64,000 nt of DNA from Candidatus Tayloriibacteriota bacterium. GTDB taxonomy: Bacteria > Patescibacteriota > Minisyncoccia > Phycocordibacterales > CAIRYW01. Of the stretch, positions 19,078 to 27,423 are shown piece by piece. Position numbers and translations under genes: made by a program. The notes beneath the pieces were generated by a model. The model saw only the letters and a program-made list of their open reading frames with translations, had not been told where the DNA came from and made no database searches. Every line of letters begins with the position of its first letter. The first letter of the stretch is position 1. The DNA is taken from the NCBI GenBank assembly GCA_028286725.1, contig JAQBQZ010000007.1, forward strand, positions 7,262 to 71,261. The letters are read 5' to 3'.

Positions 19078-19702
19078 AAAATACAAAAGAGTTGCATCTC
19101 TGCCTGGGTTTCATTTTTCAATACTTGGAGCAGTACTTTTTCTTGGAGTCAGTCTTTGCATAAATTTTTATGCCGGAATCTATGCCACAGTTTCTGCGAA
19201 CAATCCTGTGACAGATATTATTTTGAGTAATATTCCAGTTTATAATGTTGATGCTATCTTTGTGTACGGAGCTATACTTTTATGCGTCTCGATCTTTTTT
19301 CTTTGCATTATTAATCCAGAGAAGATTCCGTTTACCGTAAAGACAATCGCTCTGTTTGTAATTGTCCGTTCACTCTTCATCATACTCACTCATATTGGTC
19401 CATATCCAAACCATACAGATTTAACACTCAAACTCATCAATGATTTCAGTTTTGACGGCGATCTCTTTTTCTCAGGCCATACCGGCTTACCTTTTCTTAT
19501 TGCTCTCATTTATTGGGACAATAAGTTCCTAAGGAGGATCTATATTATGGCTTCAATATTTTTTGCTATCGTGGTTTTGCTTGGACATATTCACTATTCG
19601 ATAGATGTATTCGCTGCGTTTTTTATTACAGAAGGAACTTACAGACTTTCTGAAAAGTTATTTAAGAAATCTTATTTGCTTTCACGATCGACGTATTTTT
19701 AA
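19049..19702 (+). CDS. PAP2-related, sphingomyelin-synthase-like membrane protein
   Basis: GDLFFSGHT and HIHYSIDV resemble the SMS D3/D4 motifs. Confidence 0.7.
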   Translation: MKALTQNIFKKYKRVASLPGFHFSILGAVLFLGVSLCINFYAGIYATVSANNPVTDIILSNIPVYNVDAIFVYGAILLCVSIFFLCIINPEKIPFTVKTIALFVIVRSLFIILTHIGPYPNHTDLTLKLINDFSFDGDLFFSGHTGLPFLIALIYWDNKFLRRIYIMASIFFAIVVLLGHIHYSIDVFAAFFITEGTYRLSEKLFKKSYLLSRSTYF

Positions 19703-19731
19703 TTTTTTATATTTGAGAAATATAAAACTTG

Positions 19732-21405
19732 TTATTTGGTCTCGCCATGAACATATTTATCGCCTCGCATCCACGAAGCGACGGCACCAACAAGAAAGAG
19801 AATAAGTGAGAATGTAAACACTATTTTAAGTCCGTGCATAAAAGGTTCTGAGATCAGATCTGGGAAAAATGATGAGCCAATAATTTCATTTCTATTTTCT
19901 TCTGGAAGTGCGGCTAGTGTATCTGTAGGAATGAGTTTGCTCATTGGATTGTAGCCGAGGAATGCGGCAAAGAGACTTGATACGGGTGGGGCACTCGCGA
20001 TCTGTATTGCGACTGTCTGGGACACTCCTTCTTTTATAAGCGCCTCGGACATCGACTTTGGAAGTGATGATGCGAGACCTGCAATCATGAGGCTAAAAAA
20101 TATTCCAATTGAAAGCACTTGGCCCACATTCATGGTTGTTGCTCGCATTCCAGATGCCTGACCTCTATCGCTTGCCGGCACGGAGTTCATGGTCCCTGTG
20201 GTGTTTGGGGAAGAAAATAATCCTACACCGATACCATTTAAAAGAAGAAGCAATGCAAAATTTAAGTACACAAAGTTTGCAGGTAGCGTCATAAGAAGTG
20301 CGAAACTTATCGCTCCAATGATCATTCCGCCTGTGGCAAAATATCTTGCACCATATTTGTCCGAAAGATATCCAGAGAGCGGTCCAACTAAAAGAAAACC
20401 AAGAGTGAGGGGGAGCATATAAATACCTGCCCAAAGTGGCGTGCTCTCAAAAGAATAATTATGAAGAGGAAGCCAGATTCCTTGAAGCCAAATAATGAGC
20501 ATAAACTGTAGTCCGCCTCTCCCGATCGATGAGAGAAGGTTGGCAATATTTCCTGCAGCGAATGCTTTGATCTTAAAAAGTTCGAGATTAAGCATTGGTG
20601 CTTTGATTTTCTTTTCAATAAAAGCAAACAGTACAAGCAAAAGAATTCCCCCGATAATTTCAGATAATACTTTTGGCGAAGTCCATCCCATAAGATGATT
20701 TCCGTACGGTTGAATACCGTAAGTGATGCCAACAAGAATCAAAATTAATCCTAACGCAAATGTAACATTGCCCCACCAGTCGATCTTGATATTTCTTTTT
20801 TCGTTAACTTCATGAAGTTTGAGATATGCCCACGCAGTACCGAAAATTCCAATCGGCACATTGATCCAAAATATGAGTCGCCAATTCCAGTCAGCAAGAA
20901 TTCCACCGAGTATGAGGCCAATGAACTGTCCTGCAAGCCCTGCGATAGTATTGATACCAAGTGCAAGTCCACGTTGTTCGGTAGGGAATGCGTCAACTAA
21001 AATTGCGGTAGAGTTCGCCATAAGAAGTGCTCCTCCTACACCTTGAAATATCCGCATAAGAATAAGATAAAGCGCCGCGCTTTCTCCTTGTCCAGGGGTC
21101 AGACTAAGTGCAATGGAAGCAAGCGTGAATATTAGGAATCCAAGATTGTACATTTTCACTCGTCCAAAAATATCACCCAATCGTCCAAGTGATACTACGA
21201 GTACACTGATGCAGACGAGGTATCCAAGGAGTGTCCAGAGAAGAAAGCTGATATTGCCTGGAAGAAGAGGGTCGAGATTGATACCTCGAAAGATTGCAGG
21301 AAGACTGATGATGACGATTGAACCGTCGAGAGCCGCCATAAAAATGCCCAATGTGGTATTGGAAAGCGCAGTCCATTTGTATCTATTTTTGGCCTTTTGA
21401 TCCAT
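19732..21405 (-). CDS. MFS transporter (DHA2-like)
   Basis: FMAALDGSIV, GRLGDIFGR, about 14 TM segments. Confidence 0.9.
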   Translation of the reverse strand: MDQKAKNRYKWTALSNTTLGIFMAALDGSIVIISLPAIFRGINLDPLLPGNISFLLWTLLGYLVCISVLVVSLGRLGDIFGRVKMYNLGFLIFTLASIALSLTPGQGESAALYLILMRIFQGVGGALLMANSTAILVDAFPTEQRGLALGINTIAGLAGQFIGLILGGILADWNWRLIFWINVPIGIFGTAWAYLKLHEVNEKRNIKIDWWGNVTFALGLILILVGITYGIQPYGNHLMGWTSPKVLSEIIGGILLLVLFAFIEKKIKAPMLNLELFKIKAFAAGNIANLLSSIGRGGLQFMLIIWLQGIWLPLHNYSFESTPLWAGIYMLPLTLGFLLVGPLSGYLSDKYGARYFATGGMIIGAISFALLMTLPANFVYLNFALLLLLNGIGVGLFSSPNTTGTMNSVPASDRGQASGMRATTMNVGQVLSIGIFFSLMIAGLASSLPKSMSEALIKEGVSQTVAIQIASAPPVSSLFAAFLGYNPMSKLIPTDTLAALPEENRNEIIGSSFFPDLISEPFMHGLKIVFTFSLILFLVGAVASWMRGDKYVHGETK

Positions 21406-21496
21406 GTGAATAGTATATCAAGCCGTTTATTTGCCTCAAGTTCTTTTACGGACCTCGTGATATGATAGGTGCAATAAAATAAATTAAGAGAAATCC

Positions 21497-21853
21497 ATGA
21501 ACTCCTATAAAGATATCAATACATACATAAAAACTTTTCCAAATGATATTCAGATCATTTTAAAGAAGATGAGAGAAGTGATAAAGAAAGCTGCACCAAA
21601 AGCGACGGAGACCATAAGTTATGGTATTCCAACGTTTGATTTCAACGGGCATCACTTGGTACATTTTGCCGCATACAAAACACATATCGGATTCTATCCA
21701 ACTTCTTCTGGTGTTGCCGCATTCAAAAAAGAGATCTTGAAATATGATTTTTCTAAGGGAACAATTCAGTTTCCGATAAATGGTCCTATACCGTTTACAT
21801 TGATTACAAAGATTGTTAAGTTTCGAGTCAAAGAAAATAAGGTACTAAAATAG
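21497..21853 (+). CDS. DUF1801 (YdhG-like) protein
   Basis: ETISYGIPTF, HFAAYKTHIGFYP, KGTIQFP. Confidence 0.85.
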   Translation: MNSYKDINTYIKTFPNDIQIILKKMREVIKKAAPKATETISYGIPTFDFNGHHLVHFAAYKTHIGFYPTSSGVAAFKKEILKYDFSKGTIQFPINGPIPFTLITKIVKFRVKENKVLK

Positions 21854-21912
21854 AATGGTTCCACTTTTCTATTTTTCTGTTAATATATTCATATATTAGA
21901 TAACTTGTTTAT

Positions 21913-22275
21913 ATGAAATCACATAAAATTGCGTATTGGATTACAACGTCACTTATCTTCCTTATGGAAGGAGTCCTCGTGGCTCTTACGGGCTGGAGCC
22001 AGATGTCTATCGATGGCATCACAGGGCTTGGCTATCCGCTTTATTTCGTCTCACTTCTTGCTAGCTTTAAGATCCTTGGATCAATCGTTCTTATGTTCCC
22101 GCAGTTCCCAAGAAATATGAAAGAGTGGGCGTATGCTGGATTTGGAATCGATTTTATTTCTGCATTCGTTAGTATTTGGGCAGTAGCAGGATTTGGCTCA
22201 ATGCTCATTCTTCCTGTTGTAGCCATGGTTCTCCTTGCTATCTCATACAATTCATATCACAAACTAAATTCCTAA
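21913..22275 (+). CDS. DoxX-like family membrane protein
   Basis: YWITT, LGYPLYF, KILG, KEWAYAGF. Confidence 0.85.
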   Translation: MKSHKIAYWITTSLIFLMEGVLVALTGWSQMSIDGITGLGYPLYFVSLLASFKILGSIVLMFPQFPRNMKEWAYAGFGIDFISAFVSIWAVAGFGSMLILPVVAMVLLAISYNSYHKLNS

Positions 22276-22284
22276 TTATCATTT

Positions 22285-22311
22285 GCTCCGCATGACAATG
22301 TTATGCGGAGC
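22285..22311 (+). terminator. Intergenic hairpin / possible terminator
   Basis: gctccgcatgac-aat-gttatgcggagc followed by a T-rich tract. Confidence 0.5.
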
Positions 22312-22327
22312 TTTAATTTTTTAAACT

Positions 22328-22771
22328 ATGATCAAACTCAATCCGTATTTAAATTTTCTAGGCAAAACCGAAGAAGCCTTTAACTTTTATAAATCAGTGT
22401 TTGGTGGAGAATTTGCAATGATCCAGAAATTCAAAGATACTCCTCAGTTTGAAGGGAAAGAGAAAATCCCTGAGGCAGATATGGAGAAGATAATGCATAT
22501 AGCACTTCCTATTGGCGGCGAAGTATTAATGGGTACGGATGCACTCGAATCAGCGGGGCACACTCTCACATTTGGCAACAATATAAGTCTCACGATAAGT
22601 GTCGATTCAAAAGAGGAGGCAGATCGAATATTTAATGGACTTCTCGAACAAGGAAAGGTTGCAATGCCTATGTCAGATACATTCTGGGGCGCATATTTTG
22701 GAATGGTGGATGATAACTTTGGTGTGAAATGGATGGTGAGTTTCGATGCCAAATATGCAGACAAAAAATAA
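22328..22771 (+). CDS. VOC family protein (PhnB/YjdN-like)
   Basis: LNPYLNF, EAFNFYKSVFGG, TFWGAYFG...D.FGV.W. Confidence 0.9.
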   Translation: MIKLNPYLNFLGKTEEAFNFYKSVFGGEFAMIQKFKDTPQFEGKEKIPEADMEKIMHIALPIGGEVLMGTDALESAGHTLTFGNNISLTISVDSKEEADRIFNGLLEQGKVAMPMSDTFWGAYFGMVDDNFGVKWMVSFDAKYADKK

Positions 22772-22790
22772 TCTGTAATAAACAAAATAT

Positions 22791-23195
22791 ATGAACTATA
22801 CATACATAATCATTGCAACACTTGCTCAGTTTGTGCTCGGCGCTTTGTGGTATTCACCGCTCATGTTTGGAAAGTGGTGGATGCAAATCATGGGAGCAGA
22901 AAATCGTACTAAAGAAGAAATGCAAAAAATGCAGAAAGAAATGGTGCCATTTTATCTCCTTCAAATATTTCTCACTTTTGTTTTTACTTGCGCGCTTACG
23001 ATAATGCTGATCCTTATGCCGTTTAATCCATATACCTCAGCGCTTGTGCTTCTCATTGGATTTATTATCCCAACCCAGATAGGAGGAGTTATTTGGGGCA
23101 ACACTCCAAAAAGATTGTTGGCAAAACAGCTTTTCGTGATGGTATCGTATCAGTTTTTTGGAATTATTCTCGCGACATTTATTCTCGCATATTAA
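22791..23195 (+). CDS. DUF1761-like membrane protein
   Basis: LGALWYSPLMFGKWW motif. Confidence 0.8.
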   Translation: MNYTYIIIATLAQFVLGALWYSPLMFGKWWMQIMGAENRTKEEMQKMQKEMVPFYLLQIFLTFVFTCALTIMLILMPFNPYTSALVLLIGFIIPTQIGGVIWGNTPKRLLAKQLFVMVSYQFFGIILATFILAY

Positions 23196-23200
23196 AACAA

Positions 23201-23584
23201 ATGGAAAATACAATTTCCTATTTTGAGATTCAATCATCAAATCCTTTGCAATCTGTGGAGTTCTATAAAAAAGTCTTCGGATGGAATTTTGTGAAAGAAG
23301 AATTGATGCCGATCGAGTATTATCGAATGACAGAAACTTCTGGAATAATGGGTGCAATTCTCAAAAGACCTGCCCAAGTGCCAGCTCCAGAACAAGGAAC
23401 AAATGCATTCACTTGTTCAATCAAGGTTAAGAACTTTGACGATACACAAAAGACAATAATAGAAAATGGAGGCGCTGTGGCATTACCAAAGTTTGCTGTC
23501 CCAGGAAGATGCTGGCAAGGGTATTTTCTGGACAATGATCACAATGTCTTTGGAATTTTTGAACCGGATGAAAATGCTCGCTAA
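23201..23584 (+). CDS. VOC/glyoxalase family protein
   Basis: YFEIQ, FY..VFGW, PKFAVPGRCWQGYF.D...NVFG; start at MENTIS. Confidence 0.85.
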   Translation: MENTISYFEIQSSNPLQSVEFYKKVFGWNFVKEELMPIEYYRMTETSGIMGAILKRPAQVPAPEQGTNAFTCSIKVKNFDDTQKTIIENGGAVALPKFAVPGRCWQGYFLDNDHNVFGIFEPDENAR

Positions 23585-23626
23585 AGCAAGATTTCTTTTT
23601 AGATAGACTCTTGATATACTATTTTG

Positions 23627-24328
23627 ATGTTGAAATATCGAATCGAAATAGTTGTGAGTTTGTGTGTGTTGTTTGCACTTGGAATGGGCTATTCGCTCTA
23701 TACTAAGTTGTCGACATCTGCGCCAGATAATCAAATCCAAAATAAAACGGTGGAGAATTATGACGCAGCATCAACAACACCAGTATCAGAAACAACTGCA
23801 ACAGACGATAATTCAAAAACATTAACCAATAACACAAAAAAGGAAATGGAAAAAAAGACAGCAACAATGCACACAAATAAGGGAGATATCGAAATCGAAT
23901 TTTTTGACACGCTTACTCCAAATACAGTGGCAAACTTTGTAAAGCTCGCAAAGACTGGGTTTTATGACGGAGTCAAATTTCATCGAGTGATCAAAGGATT
24001 TATGATACAGGGCGGGGATCCTCTTTCAAAAGATGATACACAAAAATCAAGCTGGGGTACAGGAGGTCCGGGATACAAGTTTGACGATGAGCTTTCTCCT
24101 GAAAACAGCAATGTTACAGGCACTATTGCAATGGCAAATTCAGGACCTGATACAAACGGAAGTCAATTCTTCATCAATGTAAAAGATAATAATTTCTTGG
24201 ACACAAAACATACGGTGTTTGGCAAAGTAACAAAAGGTATGGATGTAGTAACTGCTATCGAAAATACTCCAGTAGATGGGTCAGACAAGCCAATCGACGC
24301 CATTATCATTCAAAGCATTAGTTTCTAA
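23627..24328 (+). CDS. Cyclophilin-type peptidyl-prolyl isomerase with N-terminal anchor
   Basis: FHRVIKGFMIQGGDP, AMANSGPDTNGSQFFI, HTVFGKV. Confidence 0.95.
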   Translation: MLKYRIEIVVSLCVLFALGMGYSLYTKLSTSAPDNQIQNKTVENYDAASTTPVSETTATDDNSKTLTNNTKKEMEKKTATMHTNKGDIEIEFFDTLTPNTVANFVKLAKTGFYDGVKFHRVIKGFMIQGGDPLSKDDTQKSSWGTGGPGYKFDDELSPENSNVTGTIAMANSGPDTNGSQFFINVKDNNFLDTKHTVFGKVTKGMDVVTAIENTPVDGSDKPIDAIIIQSISF

Positions 24329-24347
24329 CTAATATAATTTAGCACTC

Positions 24348-24392
24348 AGAAAATGCACCGAAATTGACTCTGTCAATTTCGGTGCATTTTCT
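24348..24392. terminator. Perfect 21-bp inverted repeat (terminator-like)
   Basis: agaaaatgcaccgaaattgac-tct-gtcaatttcggtgcattttct. Confidence 0.6.
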
Positions 24393-24395
24393 TTC

Positions 24396-24421
24396 TGTCA
24401 TCATATTCTTATCAAACCGTC
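24396..24421 (+). promoter_or_regulatory. Candidate ECF-type promoter TGTCAT-N16-CGTC
   Basis: 11 nt upstream of the M23 peptidase ATG. Confidence 0.55.
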
Positions 24422-24432
24422 CTCTATAACAT

Positions 24433-25521
24433 ATGAAATACAATATTTTTTTGGCGGCAGTTTTTGCGCTCAGTATTATTATGTCTTCAAATGTAACATC
24501 GGCAGCCACTGCAACAACAACTCGATACGGCAGGACTTATTATTCTAATCAGTTTTACAATAATGATGGATCTGGTGAGGCAAGCACTACGCGCCAAGCG
24601 CGAATAAGACAATATCGCGGACAATCAAGCGATCTTCAAAACAAAATAAGCGCTCTTGGAACTACTGCAAATCAGATCGTAACCATGCCGGTACTTTTTG
24701 GTGTAAGTATAAATGACCTGACGCCAAATTTCGGTGATCCTCGATCAGGTGGGCGAACACATGAAGGTGAAGATATTATGGCAGTTTTGGGTACTCCGAT
24801 AGTAACACCCACAGATGCAGTTGTGATCCGTACAGGAGTAGGTGAAACAGAAGGTAATTACGTATACACCGCAAACCCTGGAGGAGAAACTTTTGTCTAT
24901 ATGCATCTTAATACTATTGGTGAGGGTGTAGTATCTGGACTTGTCTTAAAGCGAGGAGATTTGATCGGCTATGTCGGCAACACGGGTAATGCTGCAGGAG
25001 GGCCCGCACATCTACATTTTGAAATTCATAATAGTTCTGGCACACCGGTGGATCCGTTTCCTAGACTGTCTGGTGAAATTTCACTTCAGGACAAAATAAT
25101 ATATCTAACAAAAATTCTTGGACAGACAACTGATGCAAATACGCTGTCCAAATTCTTGGTATTAAATTTTAGAAACACTTTTTTATCTGCAAGAAGTGCA
25201 GGTCTTGTATTGCCTCAGTCTATTATTGACGCACTTGGTCCCATAAACACAAATCCAGGAATAGGAACTGGTGGTGGATTATCACTTTCAAGAGATCTAT
25301 ATCTAGGTATCACAGGAGACGATGTCTATGCGCTTCAGGTGTGGCTTAACCACAATGGATTTGTGGTATCGCAAAACGGGGCAGGATCTCTCGGTAACGA
25401 GACGAGATATTTTGGCTCTGCTACACAAGCAGCAGTCATAAGATTTCAAATTGCACATAATATAACACCTGTTGCAGGCTATGTAGGCAGCATTACTCGG
25501 GGAGTATTGGCTGGACTATAA
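24433..25521 (+). CDS. M23 metallopeptidase with C-terminal peptidoglycan-binding domain
   Basis: Signal peptide; HEGED, YMHL, HLHFE; DVYALQ.WL...FG.ATQAAV.RFQ. Confidence 0.9.
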   Translation: MKYNIFLAAVFALSIIMSSNVTSAATATTTRYGRTYYSNQFYNNDGSGEASTTRQARIRQYRGQSSDLQNKISALGTTANQIVTMPVLFGVSINDLTPNFGDPRSGGRTHEGEDIMAVLGTPIVTPTDAVVIRTGVGETEGNYVYTANPGGETFVYMHLNTIGEGVVSGLVLKRGDLIGYVGNTGNAAGGPAHLHFEIHNSSGTPVDPFPRLSGEISLQDKIIYLTKILGQTTDANTLSKFLVLNFRNTFLSARSAGLVLPQSIIDALGPINTNPGIGTGGGLSLSRDLYLGITGDDVYALQVWLNHNGFVVSQNGAGSLGNETRYFGSATQAAVIRFQIAHNITPVAGYVGSITRGVLAGL

Positions 25522-25582
25522 TACATAATTGATGCATTGAAAAGTGCATCTTTTTTGTGAAAAATATCGTATACTATTTTAG

Positions 25583-25972
25583 ATGCAAACATTATTTCAA
25601 AAATTAGAAGCATATTCATCGAGTGTTCTTCGAATTGGAATGTCCCTGGTTATACTCTGGTTTAGTACTGAGCAATTTCTGCACACGCTTGATTGGACTG
25701 CTTATGTACCAGATTCTGCCGTATCTATAACTGGATTTACTGCAACAACACTTGTGTATTTCAACGCATCGTTCGAACTTGTGTTTGGAGTACTTCTTCT
25801 TTTTGGAATATTGACAAGAATCTCAGCGCTTCTATTAGCTCTTCATCTTTTTGATATCATGTTTATTGTTGGATATGGAGAAATAGGAGTTCGGGATTTT
25901 GGGCTTGCCGTTGCAACGTTTGTTGTGTTTATGAAAGGGAGCGACATGCTTTGTTTATCAAAAAAATATTAA
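25583..25972 (+). CDS. DoxX family membrane protein
   Basis: LRIG...LWF...Q, FELVFG.LL..G, GVRDFGL. Confidence 0.75.
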   Translation: MQTLFQKLEAYSSSVLRIGMSLVILWFSTEQFLHTLDWTAYVPDSAVSITGFTATTLVYFNASFELVFGVLLLFGILTRISALLLALHLFDIMFIVGYGEIGVRDFGLAVATFVVFMKGSDMLCLSKKY

Positions 25973-25993
25973 TATTAAAATAATTTATATAAA

Positions 25994-26503
25994 ATGAATT
26001 CTCAAAATACATCAAAAAAAATCTTTGGAATCGTTATCGCAATAATTGTTCTTGCAGTCTTAGTATATGCAGTCTTCTTTTCTGACAAAGATGACAATAT
26101 GGCAAATGATCTGACTGACACTACGTCACAAGGAAATACTCAAGATGCAGCACTTCCAGTAGAAACAACTCCTGTAGATACAACCAAAAAACCTGGAACG
26201 GTGAGTATGTATAAAGATGGTACATATTCTGCAACAGGAAGTTACCGATCTCCAGGTGGAGCAGATACTCTAGGTGTTACTCTCACGCTCTCAAATGATG
26301 TTGTCACAGATGTGACAGTTGCAAAAGGTGCAGGGGACAATACATCATCAAGATTTCAAGATAAATTTATTTCAGGCTACAAAGCACTCGTTGTTGGTAA
26401 AAATATCGCAGATATAAAACTTTCAAAAGTTTCGGGCTCATCACTCACTCCAATTGGATTTAACGATGCGGTTGCTCAAATTCAGGCGCAGGCGAAAGCA
26501 TAA
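25994..26503 (+). CDS. Membrane-anchored FMN-binding domain protein
   Basis: YKDGTYSATGSY, VSGSSLT flavinylation-like motif; adjacent to apbE. Confidence 0.8.
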   Translation: MNSQNTSKKIFGIVIAIIVLAVLVYAVFFSDKDDNMANDLTDTTSQGNTQDAALPVETTPVDTTKKPGTVSMYKDGTYSATGSYRSPGGADTLGVTLTLSNDVVTDVTVAKGAGDNTSSRFQDKFISGYKALVVGKNIADIKLSKVSGSSLTPIGFNDAVAQIQAQAKA

Positions 26504-26514
26504 TTCTCTCTACA

Positions 26515-27381
26515 ATGCCTCAGTTTAATTTTGATGCGATCGGCACAAAATGGCAGATAGATATTTTTGAATATCTAGATCGTGAAACTGAAGCTAATAT
26601 TTTGATAAAAATAAATAGCCGAATTGAAGAATTCGACAAAGCTTACTCACGCTTCCTTCCTTCCTCGCTCATAACTGCAATGTCCAAAAAAGCTGGTGTG
26701 TATGTTGTGCCTGAAGATGCTCAAGAACTCTTGAAAATTTATTTTGATCTCTATCAAAAGACTAATGGATTATTTACTCCTCTTGTGGGTAATCTGCTTT
26801 CAGATGCTGGCTATGACGCAGAGTATTCACTCAAGCAAAAAAATGAATTAAAAGCTCCTTTAAAATGGGAAGAGGTTATGGAGTATGATCATCCGAATCT
26901 CACAATTAAAATACCATCGATACTAGACTTTGGCGCAGGCGGCAAAGGGTATCTCATTGATATTATAGGCAAACTTCTCGAAGAAAATAATATTACAAAA
27001 TACTGTATTGATGGAAGCGGGGATATGCTATGCAAAAATAGTGAGGCTATCAGAGTCGGACTTGAAAATCCGTTTGACCTTGATCAAGTGATTGGTACTC
27101 TAGATCTTCAAAACAAAAGCATTTGCGGCTCTGCAGGCACTCGCCGCAAGTGGGGAGAATTCACACATATCATAGATCCAATGACACTCAAATCTCCAAC
27201 AGATGTTGTGGCTGTGTGGGTTGTTGCCGATACTGCACTTATTGCGGATTGTATCGCAACTTGTTTATTCTTTGTTCACCCTGAATCTTTATTGAATTCG
27301 TATCAATTTGAATATGTGATAATAAAAAATGATAAATCTATTTTAAGATCAGTAAATTTTGCAGGACAAATTTTCGCGTAG
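26515..27381 (+). CDS. apbE: FAD:protein FMN transferase (ApbE family)
   Basis: AIGT, YSRF..SS, LDFGAGGKGY, DGSGD, HIIDP, AD..AT. Confidence 0.88.
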   Translation: MPQFNFDAIGTKWQIDIFEYLDRETEANILIKINSRIEEFDKAYSRFLPSSLITAMSKKAGVYVVPEDAQELLKIYFDLYQKTNGLFTPLVGNLLSDAGYDAEYSLKQKNELKAPLKWEEVMEYDHPNLTIKIPSILDFGAGGKGYLIDIIGKLLEENNITKYCIDGSGDMLCKNSEAIRVGLENPFDLDQVIGTLDLQNKSICGSAGTRRKWGEFTHIIDPMTLKSPTDVVAVWVVADTALIADCIATCLFFVHPESLLNSYQFEYVIIKNDKSILRSVNFAGQIFA

Positions 27382-27423
27382 TGTTTGATGTTTTTTAATA
27401 GCTATTGAGGTATAATATTTGTA

